DNA of 46,363 nucleotides from Nitrospinaceae bacterium (GTDB lineage Bacteria > Nitrospinota > Nitrospinia > Nitrospinales > VA-1): assembly GCA_016763735.1 (NCBI GenBank), contig JAESTE010000117.1, positions 1-46,363 on the forward strand, in the 5' to 3' direction. The translations under genes and the position numbers were made by a program. This document shows positions 1-9,432 of this stretch, piece after piece. The notes beneath the pieces were generated by a model. The model made no database searches and was not told the origin of the DNA. It saw only the letters and a program-made list of their open reading frames with translations. Every line of letters begins with the position of its first letter. The first letter of the stretch is position 1.

Positions 1-1010
1 GGCGGGGCCGTGCAATACGCCTTGGTCTCGCTCAGGCCCCACGATACGCTCACCGCGGAACTCCCCGACATAACAGAGGCGTTGGGGAAAATGCCAGGGA
101 ACAGATAGCACGTGGGGAACGCACCCGCCGGTACCACTGCTCCGGTGGCAGGCAACGGGTTCACTACGTTGAAGGCCCGGGCGTATACCAGTGTGCGGTT
201 GTCTGCTCTGGTCACGGGCCTGGTGTAGTGCATAGGGGCGGTGGCGTCGAACTCGGGGCTCCATTTGTGGTAGATATCCCGCGCCCGCCCACTAAGGTCT
301 TCGTACGTGAAGTGTGCCCACACCTCGCCATTGGCCTGTGTAACGGACACACGGAAGTTGGCCTTGTGAGTGATCTCCTGTATGTAGGTCTCGCCGTCGG
401 CCACGTGCATCACGGTGCCATTGGCCCGCATCAGCTTGGCCCCGGCGTCGAATTTGAGCAGGGTCTCGTAATCAGGGCGGAGGACCGCTCCCACGTCGGC
501 AACGTTCGCGTACTGACAACTGGTGCCAGGTTGAGTGAAGGGTTGATGCCCAGTGGGTCTGAATAGAGTGGTGAACGGCGAAACGTCCTCGTGTGCATCC
601 GACGCGTTCATCAGCCCGGCGAAGTACTCCCAGGGCCACGGCAAACAGGTGGGCTTAGTGGTGGCCTTCAGCCCCAGACGTGTCCAACGGTACTCGATGT
701 ACTCGGCCATGTTCGAGTACGGGTTCACGTCCGTGAGGACTGTGCCGTCTGGGCTGGTCACGGTACGCGCAGGTAGCAAGCACATCTGGAAGTTGCGCTG
801 GTCTATCGCCCCCACTCGACTAGGTCCGACAGCATGCAGCGTGGTGAACTGTTGGTTCCACATACATGTTGCGAACGTGCCCGAGGTAGGCACTGTGTGT
901 TCGTTTGTCACAGGGTACGTAACAGACGGGACCAGGCCCTGTCCCAGTGTACCGAGGACGAATCCAGCCCAACACCACACCCACCACAGCCGCATTGCCC
1001 ATGTGTACAT
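1..1010 (-). CDS. Open-ended CDS (3' end lies beyond window start); predicted secreted/membrane protein
   Basis: Manual minus-strand translation in register with triplets 3-5 ... 1008-1010 shows no stop from 1010 down to position 3. It reads MYTWAMRLWWVWCWAGFVLGTLGQGLVPS...DGETYIQEITHKANFRVSV...AYCTAP. It is absent from the ORF track because it has no stop in the window. Plus-strand ORFs 228..566 and 553..1125 are its antisense. The N-terminus is hydrophobic and signal-like. The alternative ATG is at 995. Confidence 0.55.
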   Translation of the reverse strand, partial: MYTWAMRLWWVWCWAGFVLGTLGQGLVPSVTYPVTNEHTVPTSGTFATCMWNQQFTTLHAVGPSRVGAIDQRNFQMCLLPARTVTSPDGTVLTDVNPYSNMAEYIEYRWTRLGLKATTKPTCLPWPWEYFAGLMNASDAHEDVSPFTTLFRPTGHQPFTQPGTSCQYANVADVGAVLRPDYETLLKFDAGAKLMRANGTVMHVADGETYIQEITHKANFRVSVTQANGEVWAHFTYEDLSGRARDIYHKWSPEFDATAPMHYTRPVTRADNRTLVYARAFNVVNPLPATGAVVPAGAFPTCYLFPGIFPNASVMSGSSAVSVSWGLSETKAYCTAP

Positions 1011-1084
1011 GAATGTTTCGGCGACACACTTTCCGGCACCAATTGATACGTATAAATGTGTGCATTCATTAGTGACCATGTCCA

Positions 1085-4000
1085 TCAGGTGGACACCGCC
1101 GTTGTCCGGTGAGTCAGTAATTTAGAACTGGCCGAATCACTGGCTACAGGGTTGGGCTCTGCGCGAGGAGTCGGCGCAGGGTGTAGTTTGCGGTGGGCAC
1201 TACGCACAATCGCGTTGACGCCGAACAAAATACCAATGATGGCCCCGATCACCAACAACCCGCCTGCTCCGTAGTAGACCCATCGAGGGATGCCGTACAG
1301 CGGCTTGGTGGGGGCCGAAGTAGGGGCAGGGGTAGGTGCACTGGTGTTGGGGACCACCAGAGGGATCGTCACCGCTGCGATCGTAACGTTGCTGGTGTTG
1401 CACAGGTCGCCGATCCAGAACTCTTCGCACACACACGTCTCCAGGTCCGGGCGACTCACTGTGTGGTACCTGTCACACGCCTTGACGCATATCATGCTGT
1501 TGATGTACTTGCCCACGTTGGTGACTGGATCCGTCTCGTTTTCTCCGTCCACCCCCAGGGGATGCGCCACATCCGAGTACACGACTGACAGGAAGTCCGC
1601 CCGGTTGCACCCACACGTCGTCGGGTTGAGGTTGCCGTACAACACCACGGTCGCCTTGGTGGTGGCCTGAGGCTCCAAGGGGTGGGCCATCAGGGAACAG
1701 TTCACCAGAGTACAGTCGCTTGACATGTCGTAGTACGGTGGGGCACACACACACTTGCTGACAGTGGTGGTGGCCAAGGTGAAGGCCGCATCCGTGTCGT
1801 TGCCGCTGACGCTTCCGGTCAACAACAGGTCGTGGAACGCCAGCATCTCCACGTGTACCATCTCCTGTCGGGCATGTGGGGGCAACCCAGTGGACGCACA
1901 CACGCCGGTCAAGCACGTGGAACCGTTGTGCCCGGCCCAACAGTCGCAGGTCAGCACGTTCGCTGTGCCGACCAGTGTCCCGTTCCCGTTGCAGCCGGTG
2001 AGGGGTGTCACCGTACACTCCCCTGAACAACCGACGGACGCCGGCAACACACATCGCCCAGACGACACGTCGAAGTCGCCCACTCCACCGCAGTTGCAGT
2101 TGTATGTCCATGCGCCAGGGAACAGACATGTCACGCCAGTCGTACCTCCGCAGGGAACGGGGATGATGGGCAAGTCGGCCCCGCAGTGATTAAACCCACA
2201 GGAGGTCCCCGACCATCCAGTGTCACACAGACAATACGACAGTGACGTGGTGCCACTTGGAGCTCCGTAGGTCCCACACGCCGACGTATTGCACAGGTGC
2301 CCGGTCCATCCCGCGTAGCAATCGCATCCCCCGGCACGGACCCCCACACGAGGCGACCCTCCTCCGCACGCCGACACGTCGCACAGCATCCCGGTCCACT
2401 GAGACCCCATGCACGTGCACCCGTGTCCGCTGATCTGCGCCCTTCCGTTGGCAGAACACCTGGTCACGTTGCAGTACAGCCCTTCGTACGCCGCCTCGCA
2501 CACACAGTCCGTTGCCGAGTCGACGTATCTTCCGTGGACTCCGCACGCCTCGATACAATGACGGTACGTGGGGGAGATTGGGTCGGTGTCGCGCATCAAC
2601 GGGTACGTGCAGTTGCACCCGCCTGCTGCATCCGCCAAGGGTGCCGCCCCACCGCTCCGTACACACACGTTGGTGCTGCAGTTCTGTCCCTCTGCCACAG
2701 CATGCAACCACCGAGGTGTACATTGACACTGTGTCCCGTCCCAGTGCTGGCCCGGGGCTGTGCACCGCTTGGTGTCACAGAACGTTCCCGTGTACTGGCA
2801 TGGTTTGCCCCCTTGTTGGGGACACGACGCAGTATTGCAGGTCAACCCGTCGGTACTCTCTGCGCAGTGCATGCAATGGGGCTTGCACGCACCCAGACCG
2901 TCGGTGATCCAGTTCATGTTGGTGTGGGTGAAGGGGTTGATGGCCGGGGCGTACAATCCGCCCACCACGCCGCAGGTGCAGGTTGGCACCACCATCAGAC
3001 TGGGCTGGGAGGGGGCCCCGTCACATCGGCTGTACTCCCTCTGCCCTGTGATCACGAACCCACCACACTCGATCGACCCCGGCATGAGGGTGGACAGCGG
3101 GCACGCCGAACGGCAGCCGCGGTAGGGAAACACTGGCTTTCCATCTGTTGCCAACAACGAGAACGAGTCTGGGTACGGTACCGCCCGGTCGCCAGCCCCG
3201 CTGCAGTTGCAACCACTGGGGAGCAACGAAAGCCCGCCTGACTCGACGCAACGGTTGCGTGCGCAGTATTGCCCCCCCAACTTGTTGATAAAGAACGGAC
3301 GACATGTGCACTCGTCATTGGCGCAATGCCCCCCCACCAAGTCACAGTTCCCGCCACAGGCCTGAAGGTGTTGGCACACCACTCCGTTGTATCCGTGCGA
3401 GCAGGAACATTGGTACCGCGACTGGCCATTCAAGATGCATTCTCCGTGGTTGGAACACACGGTCAGGTTTCCGGCCAGGGCGCACGCCGACGCCGGGGTT
3501 TCGCATCTGTCTCCCACGTACGCTTGTCCGCCAGCCACGATACATTCACACTTGCTGCTGGTCGTGTTGCAATGTCCTGTTCGCAGAACGCCTTGCCCCC
3601 GTGCCGAACACGGCATGAAGGACGGCCCGCCACACGGCGAGTTCTGACACGTATCTCCGGTGGTCTTGAAATAAGTGTTGCACCTGCAGTACGGCCTTCC
3701 GTTGCGGTTTGTACACCCTGCCAGCGTGTCGGTGTCACAGCCCTTAGGGATGCAGACCCCTCGGTTGGAACACCAACTGTTCTGCGTGGGGTTCACACAC
3801 GAACCCGTGTAGGTGTTCTGGCACGTGGTCCCCCAGAACCCGTCGGCGCGATGGGTGGTAGTCGGTGGGCCCACCTGGTTCAACCAACACTCACACGTGG
3901 GGTCGGCCACGTCTCGGTTGCACACGTTCTCCCCAATACGGGAATGCCCGCCCTGTCGAATCAGCAACCCTTGGCACTCCTTTCCGTTCGGGCCATGGAC

Positions 4001-6295
4001 ACACGAGCGATCGTTGCACAACCCGTTTGTGCCCTCCTGCCACTTGGGATGGTCGCATGTGCAATTTCCGTATGCACACGCACTGGTGTCCACATACGTC
4101 TGCTGAGGATTGACGTACAACCCACCGTGACAATGGTGGGTGATCACCCGGAAGAACCCACTGTTACAACTGACGGACGGTGCGTTGCTGAAGGCATGGT
4201 CACAACAATCTCCTCCCCCACTCACGATCCCGCCGAGCCGGTTGCACAGGTGTATACACGACTCAGGTGCCGAAAGGGCCGTGTGCAGGGTCACCGTCAC
4301 GTTTGGACACTCCTTTGACAAACACGTGCCATGTGGACCACACGCGGTGTGGTGGTGTTGCGGGTCTCTTGGGCACAACTCCACCGAGCAGTCACCGTTA
4401 CTCCCGCCCCATCCCTCCGCGCACACACATCGACCCACGTAGTCTGAACTCCACGGTACGGGTGGGAGATCCTTCTTAGGGCCGATAGCGATCGCGCGGC
4501 CTCCCAGCAAATGGTTGCATGTGCCGCGGCCCGCGTGTGCGCCACACTCCTTCCCCCCTGGAACCAGGAGATCGGCGGCGGAGATTGGGCACCACCGTTT
4601 GCTGCATACGGCCCCGGCCCACCCGACCTCGCATACGCACCGCACGCTAGGTGTATACGCCAGACCCCGCGAGTAGGACTGGGCTTGGACCACGGGATTT
4701 GTATCGACACACCCGACGGTGTGTCCAGTGTGGCAGGACGGACACGGGATGCACATAAGTCCTCCACGCAGCTTGAGGGTGAACGGCTTGTTTGGTGTTG
4801 TCCGGTTCGAACACCCGTAGGGCATCACTGGCACACTGGGGTTCGTTGCGTCCAGTACGTACCGCTCGTCGAGTAAGTCCCCGTCGTACAGTGCACACTG
4901 ATGGTAGCTGGGGTACTTCAGCCAGTTGCGGCTTTTGTGGACCTTGAACGTACTAGGCGGGGCGTTGGTATTGTTGGTGCACAAGAAGATCGACGCATAC
5001 AGGTCAGTGGAGGGGATGCCGTCGGTGTCGTCCTTCTCTGTTCCACCGAAGAACCCTGGACGGCACACACATGTAACCCCAACTCCGGTCGACTTCTGGA
5101 TGCAGGTCCCGCGTCGGCCACACAGGTCGTATACGTTGGGGTCTGGACACACTATGTCCACGGCCGGGTCAAATCCGGTGGGGAACGATTGGTTGCAAAA
5201 CACACCGCCGAATCCGTTCTCACACAGGCACTGACCAGAGTTGACAAATACACCGTGGTTGCACAACCCGTCATGTGCGACCACAAATTGTGGGGTGTAC
5301 CCGTGCAGAACGTGGACACCGCCGACAATAAAGGGTGCTATGCTGGCGATGTGCACGTTCGGGGCGCACCACAGCTTGTGGGGAAACTCGGCACTGTTGC
5401 ACGTCGCGCCTCGGCCCAGTGTTAACCCGCGAGCAAGTCCCGCCCCATAACACAATTTGGCATACCCTCCTGGCAGGTAGAAGAACGGAGAGATCCACAT
5501 CTGTTCCCACTCAGGCATGAAGTACCCATGGTAGGTCGAATCCTGTGCGACTGTGCCGACGTTGGAGAGCGGGGCTGACTGGTTCGAACCTTGTCCCCAG
5601 ATCCCGCCTGGTGACTGGACCGCAATCGTGGAGTCCTTGACTTTGCACACGTATTGACTGGGCTTGAACCCAATGAAGGTGGCCCACGGGGCGTTCGTAG
5701 CCAGTGCAATATTCACCGCTGCGTTGTACGGCCTTGAACCGGCACCTCTGAGTTGCATCGTGGTTAGGCGAGACCGTGCGGTTGTGGGAGACTTCTCAGC
5801 ATTCCCGGCCGTGTTAAAGTTCTCAAATGAGGGACATGCGTCGTTTGCGGCCCCGCCGTACGTCTTCCTGTGCGCGGCTTGGGCCAACCAGGTTTGGAGG
5901 CTGATCTTGTGAGGGGTGGTGCGGGTGACGAGGAGGGGTATGTTACGATCATGGTGTGTGTCCACCGACTCGGCGTACATATGGTCGTTGAACCCGGCGA
6001 ATATGAGGGGAGTAGCCCACTTGTACTTGAAATTGAACCAGCCCCGGTAACCTGGTTGGTACCCCAGCTCTTCCTCGGTTGACAAGACAGTGATACCAGA
6101 CCGACCTTCCCACACACCTCCTGGGGGCGTGAACGATGTGAGGGCGGCGTTGCCCTGGAACGTGATGGACTTGTATGTCTTCCGGTCCCACCAGCACAGG
6201 CGGCAGTTCCCGTGGTCGTAGTCCCCTGCGAGCGCCACACAGCAGAGGGTTGCCCCCACCAGTGCCCAGAGCATCCTGGACGCCGAAGAGGTCAT
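1085..6295 (-). CDS. Giant EGF-like-repeat type I membrane glycoprotein (~1736 aa)
   Basis: Uninterrupted 5.2-kb ORF. The track start at 6316 is GTG; the first ATG at 6295 gives a signal-like MTSSASRMLWALVGATLCCVALA. There are at least 11 EGF signatures of the form C-x-C-x2-x-[FWY]-x-G-x2-C (CLCENGFGGVFC, CVCEVGWAGAVC, CSCSHGYNGVVC, CDCYAGWTGHLC, CLCDTGWSGTSC, CDCWAGHNGSTC and others). The C-terminus has a P/T-rich stalk, the TM segment WVYYGAGGLLVIGAIIGILFGVNAIV and a short tail. Confidence 0.85.
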   Translation of the reverse strand: MTSSASRMLWALVGATLCCVALAGDYDHGNCRLCWWDRKTYKSITFQGNAALTSFTPPGGVWEGRSGITVLSTEEELGYQPGYRGWFNFKYKWATPLIFAGFNDHMYAESVDTHHDRNIPLLVTRTTPHKISLQTWLAQAAHRKTYGGAANDACPSFENFNTAGNAEKSPTTARSRLTTMQLRGAGSRPYNAAVNIALATNAPWATFIGFKPSQYVCKVKDSTIAVQSPGGIWGQGSNQSAPLSNVGTVAQDSTYHGYFMPEWEQMWISPFFYLPGGYAKLCYGAGLARGLTLGRGATCNSAEFPHKLWCAPNVHIASIAPFIVGGVHVLHGYTPQFVVAHDGLCNHGVFVNSGQCLCENGFGGVFCNQSFPTGFDPAVDIVCPDPNVYDLCGRRGTCIQKSTGVGVTCVCRPGFFGGTEKDDTDGIPSTDLYASIFLCTNNTNAPPSTFKVHKSRNWLKYPSYHQCALYDGDLLDERYVLDATNPSVPVMPYGCSNRTTPNKPFTLKLRGGLMCIPCPSCHTGHTVGCVDTNPVVQAQSYSRGLAYTPSVRCVCEVGWAGAVCSKRWCPISAADLLVPGGKECGAHAGRGTCNHLLGGRAIAIGPKKDLPPVPWSSDYVGRCVCAEGWGGSNGDCSVELCPRDPQHHHTACGPHGTCLSKECPNVTVTLHTALSAPESCIHLCNRLGGIVSGGGDCCDHAFSNAPSVSCNSGFFRVITHHCHGGLYVNPQQTYVDTSACAYGNCTCDHPKWQEGTNGLCNDRSCVHGPNGKECQGLLIRQGGHSRIGENVCNRDVADPTCECWLNQVGPPTTTHRADGFWGTTCQNTYTGSCVNPTQNSWCSNRGVCIPKGCDTDTLAGCTNRNGRPYCRCNTYFKTTGDTCQNSPCGGPSFMPCSARGQGVLRTGHCNTTSSKCECIVAGGQAYVGDRCETPASACALAGNLTVCSNHGECILNGQSRYQCSCSHGYNGVVCQHLQACGGNCDLVGGHCANDECTCRPFFINKLGGQYCARNRCVESGGLSLLPSGCNCSGAGDRAVPYPDSFSLLATDGKPVFPYRGCRSACPLSTLMPGSIECGGFVITGQREYSRCDGAPSQPSLMVVPTCTCGVVGGLYAPAINPFTHTNMNWITDGLGACKPHCMHCAESTDGLTCNTASCPQQGGKPCQYTGTFCDTKRCTAPGQHWDGTQCQCTPRWLHAVAEGQNCSTNVCVRSGGAAPLADAAGGCNCTYPLMRDTDPISPTYRHCIEACGVHGRYVDSATDCVCEAAYEGLYCNVTRCSANGRAQISGHGCTCMGSQWTGMLCDVSACGGGSPRVGVRAGGCDCYAGWTGHLCNTSACGTYGAPSGTTSLSYCLCDTGWSGTSCGFNHCGADLPIIPVPCGGTTGVTCLFPGAWTYNCNCGGVGDFDVSSGRCVLPASVGCSGECTVTPLTGCNGNGTLVGTANVLTCDCWAGHNGSTCLTGVCASTGLPPHARQEMVHVEMLAFHDLLLTGSVSGNDTDAAFTLATTTVSKCVCAPPYYDMSSDCTLVNCSLMAHPLEPQATTKATVVLYGNLNPTTCGCNRADFLSVVYSDVAHPLGVDGENETDPVTNVGKYINSMICVKACDRYHTVSRPDLETCVCEEFWIGDLCNTSNVTIAAVTIPLVVPNTSAPTPAPTSAPTKPLYGIPRWVYYGAGGLLVIGAIIGILFGVNAIVRSAHRKLHPAPTPRAEPNPVASDSASSKLLTHRTTAVST

Positions 6296-6351
6296 GTAAT
6301 TCTGTTGGGGATACACCGGTGTGATGTCCTGTGTTGTTCACACCAGACCTT

Positions 6352-6708
6352 ATGTGCACCCGGCGACCATCACCCGAACTCCTTAAGGCGGCAGCCAAGG
6401 CCGCGACCTGGCAACTGCTCACGATCATCACCGGCACACTCGTGTTGTACCTCATGATGGGCGGGTTCGTGGCGGATCTCGAGGTGATTGTGGCCAACGC
6501 CGTGCTGGAGGTGTTTCTCTTCGTGGCACACGAACGGTTGTGGGACCCGCAGAACGGGGGGGGCCTGTGGTTGCCGTCCCTGACTTCCCGCCCTGACGGG
6601 ACCGAATTGAGTACAACTGTGGTAGAAGACCACACAGAGACCCACACCCTTGTTGCCACGGAAACCCCGGACAGTGAGTTCGTACCTCCGACTCCCGACT
6701 CGCCATGA
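6352..6708 (+). CDS. Small membrane protein, DUF2061-like
   Basis: The track start at 6331 is GTG; the first ATG is at 6352. KAAAKAATWQLLTIITGTLVLYLMMGGFVADLEVIVANAVLEVFLFVAHERLWD matches my memory of the DUF2061 pattern (K..TW...T...G...HERxW). An acidic, Thr-rich tail follows. The stop overlaps the next start (ATGA at 6705-6708). Confidence 0.5.
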   Translation: MCTRRPSPELLKAAAKAATWQLLTIITGTLVLYLMMGGFVADLEVIVANAVLEVFLFVAHERLWDPQNGGGLWLPSLTSRPDGTELSTTVVEDHTETHTLVATETPDSEFVPPTPDSP

Positions 6709-7370
6709 CCACCTTTGGCACGGACTACGACGGCACCGTCTTTGCCTACGTGTTCGCCGGCGCCGTGCTCATGATCATCAGCACCCATCTGGACTACCTC
6801 TGGAGCATGGCGGACCTGCAGAAGTTCCTCCCTGTAGACGACGGCAGCTCGGACGGGCCCGACGACCGACACTTCGGCAACGCACACCCCTTCCTCAACG
6901 TTCCCACCGGACTCGAAACTGTACTCCATCTAGGAGGACACGCTCTCTTCACCGTCGGATGCTACAAGTCCATTGAACCGGTGGCGGTATTGTCCAAGTA
7001 CGACACAGGCGAGCTAAGGATCTGGGTACTGGTCTCTACCTTGGCCATCCCCGCCATGATGATCCTGTCCAGTTTCCTGTCTGGTGTCCACCGCCTAGAC
7101 CAGGTCCCCCTGGCCAAGATGCTGGGGATTACCATCCACAACGGCGCATGGATCGTACTGGGCCTGTTCGCCGCCCTCAACAAGCAGTCCCCCTTCAACG
7201 TCTACGCGTACCTAGGCGGACCCCTGGTGGGCGTGTCGGTCCTGGTCATTGGCATGACCCGCTACTACTACAACGACATCAGCAAGCAGTCCAGCCGTAT
7301 GCTGGGGTCTGCTGGGATCATCACCGGGTTCATCTTCCTGCTCCTGGCCGTCAGCCGTCGTCCCATATAA
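6705..7370 (+). CDS. Multi-pass membrane protein (221 aa)
   Basis: ATG-initiated ORF with several long hydrophobic segments (VFAYVFAGAVLMIIS, IWVLVSTLAIPAMMILSSFL, AWIVLGLFAAL, LGGPLVGVSVLVIGM, GIITGFIFLLLAV). It is translationally coupled to the upstream gene through the ATGA overlap. Confidence 0.6.
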   Translation: MTTFGTDYDGTVFAYVFAGAVLMIISTHLDYLWSMADLQKFLPVDDGSSDGPDDRHFGNAHPFLNVPTGLETVLHLGGHALFTVGCYKSIEPVAVLSKYDTGELRIWVLVSTLAIPAMMILSSFLSGVHRLDQVPLAKMLGITIHNGAWIVLGLFAALNKQSPFNVYAYLGGPLVGVSVLVIGMTRYYYNDISKQSSRMLGSAGIITGFIFLLLAVSRRPI

Positions 7371-7444
7371 GGTCTTTCAAAGAAAAGATCCGTCGCGTGG
7401 CCGGGTCATGCATGCATATACTAAAAACAGTCTGTTCGGTGTAC

Positions 7445-8623
7445 CTAGCGTTTTAATTGAGCCAGCCACCCACACCGTACAGTAGGGGCACCACGGAACC
7501 GCCACGCACACAGCCTCCTCCACTTGGCTCGCCGACTCATGAACCTTTGGGGGTCCTTGCCGTAGACAATGCAGGCCAGTTCGTGCGCCATCTTGATGGG
7601 CACGCGGTACGTACACGAACCCCTCCCCCCTGGTACCGGGTACTTCGTCCAGGCCACCGGCAACGAACGTAACGCGTCGTCGGGTAAGCTGTACACCTTT
7701 TGAGCGTTGTCGCTGTTCATCCATTCCGTGCACCGGCCACACAAAGCCGCGTTGTTCAGGCCCCAGTTGGTGAGGCACTGGATGCACCTCTTCGTCAAGG
7801 TAAAGACAATGCACTCAAACGGAGTCCTGTCCCCGTCGCGTCGACAGATGATGCCCCACCGAGGGTCGACACGGAGCACCTTGTGCAGAGGCTTGCAGGT
7901 CCAGGCCAGCGCCAACAGTTCGTCGTTCTGTAGGAACTGCCCCACTCCATGTGCCCACACACTAATAGGCAGCTGAGGCAAGTCAACACGTGCCAACAAC
8001 TCAAAACCTTGGTTTTCCTGGGCCCACGCATCGTTGTGTATGCGTTCACGTGCCAAACGAGCCAGGTCATCCACTGCGTTGGTGCGGGCCTCTTCTGTGT
8101 GCAGGAAATCTCCCATCTCCGTCTGGATCAACTTCACCTCTTGCTGGAGGTGCAATACTCGAGGCATCAATACGGTCTCAATGTCAGTGGTGCAACGGCG
8201 GTCCTCTTCGTCAAAGTCAAACTTTCGATCCGCGACCTCGCGCCGGTCCGCACACCGCTCTGCCCGATTACGGCGGGGGGGAAAGCTCAAATTTTCCTTG
8301 TACCGCCTCCTTTCGGTGTGGCGGTAGTTGGTCCGGTTCATGAAGGCGACGTCCGCCAAACCATAAATATGTTCCCTGGTGTTGGCGAGTTCTGTGCCCA
8401 TCGTGTTGGCCCGGGCTTGCATCGCGTCGTACTGTGTCTTGAACCACTCCGGGGCCTCGAAGTACACCGACATGGTCCACCACGCGTTCTCTCTGTCACC
8501 TTTCTCTAACAAGTCATCGCCCCCGAATGCATTGTCCGCGAACGAGAAAGGGCGTCTCCCGAGGTTGGGGTACAGGTCGTGTTCGTGTATGACGGGTCGT
8601 TGGGGTGTCTTACGTGCAGCCAT
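7445..8623 (-). CDS. F-box-like protein with C-terminal CxxC zinc ribbon
   Basis: The track start at 8638 is GTG; the first ATG is at 8623. The F-box-like segment is LPQLPISVWAHGVGQFLQNDELLALAWTCKPLHKVL. It is followed by C-IQ-C-x11-C-GR-C. A palindromic TTTATAAA box sits at 8662-8669, upstream. Confidence 0.65.
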   Translation of the reverse strand: MAARKTPQRPVIHEHDLYPNLGRRPFSFADNAFGGDDLLEKGDRENAWWTMSVYFEAPEWFKTQYDAMQARANTMGTELANTREHIYGLADVAFMNRTNYRHTERRRYKENLSFPPRRNRAERCADRREVADRKFDFDEEDRRCTTDIETVLMPRVLHLQQEVKLIQTEMGDFLHTEEARTNAVDDLARLARERIHNDAWAQENQGFELLARVDLPQLPISVWAHGVGQFLQNDELLALAWTCKPLHKVLRVDPRWGIICRRDGDRTPFECIVFTLTKRCIQCLTNWGLNNAALCGRCTEWMNSDNAQKVYSLPDDALRSLPVAWTKYPVPGGRGSCTYRVPIKMAHELACIVYGKDPQRFMSRRAKWRRLCAWRFRGAPTVRCGWLAQLKR

Positions 8624-8696
8624 GTTTCGCTCAGTCACACACCTGCTGCAAGTTCACTGTATTTATAAAGGGCACCAGACTCTAGACTGACCACAC

Positions 8697-9362
8697 TCAT
8701 CGGCCGTCCATGTCCAGCTCTTGCCACGTAAAGGTCTCCCACGAGTTAAACACCACGAACCCGCTCACGTCTCGGTGTCGTACTTGGTACTGGACCCTCC
8801 TTCCGGCCGCCGTCTTGGACAACACGTTGATCCCTGCCCGGTTCTGTACGCTCTGGTACAGCACAGTCACGTCGTCCACGCCTTGCGAGAGGGACGGCGC
8901 GGGCATGGACTTGAACCGTGTGTGCTGGCTCTCGTCCAACGCTACCCAGAAGAACACAGCACCTAATCCCTCCTGGGCGGCAAACTTCTGTGTACGGACC
9001 CGGTCCTCCTCTTTGGGCTGGTAGTACAACTCACCGTCCTTCCCCGTCCACATCGGTTGCATCTTGTTCAACGCACTGCGTCCAGGGACCACCATCTCCG
9101 CGGCATTGGTCTTGGGCTTCCCACTGACCCGTGGCTTGGGCTTGTTCTGGCGCTGGGTGAAGACACTGGTCGTGTTCAGTTTCTGAACAGGCGGGTCGTG
9201 GGCAAACACACTGCGCCCGGCCTTCTTCTTCTCGTCTTCCAGACCGGCAAACACGCCGACCGGTGGTTTACGTCGGGCACGTCGTGGGGGCGGGTGGTCC
9301 TCCTGGTCGCTCACCAGGTCGTCTGCCGGGCCCTGTTCGTATCCACCAAACTCCGCGCTCAT
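8697..9362 (-). CDS. Hypothetical protein (221 aa), basic/Pro-rich N-terminal half
   Basis: ATG-initiated ORF with protein-like composition. It is divergent from the gene starting at 9433. No motif recognised. Confidence 0.6.
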   Translation of the reverse strand: MSAEFGGYEQGPADDLVSDQEDHPPPRRARRKPPVGVFAGLEDEKKKAGRSVFAHDPPVQKLNTTSVFTQRQNKPKPRVSGKPKTNAAEMVVPGRSALNKMQPMWTGKDGELYYQPKEEDRVRTQKFAAQEGLGAVFFWVALDESQHTRFKSMPAPSLSQGVDDVTVLYQSVQNRAGINVLSKTAAGRRVQYQVRHRDVSGFVVFNSWETFTWQELDMDGR

Positions 9363-9432
9363 GCCAGAGGCAACAAACGGTAACGGGTGTAAGGGTGCTT
9401 CCGTGTTTTATTCGCTACAGACTGTCTATACC

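Noticed and set aside
228-1125. Plus-strand ORFs 228..566 and 553..1125 at the left edge
   Set aside because: They are antisense to a continuous open minus-strand frame (1..1010) that has protein-like sequence and a signal-like N-terminus.
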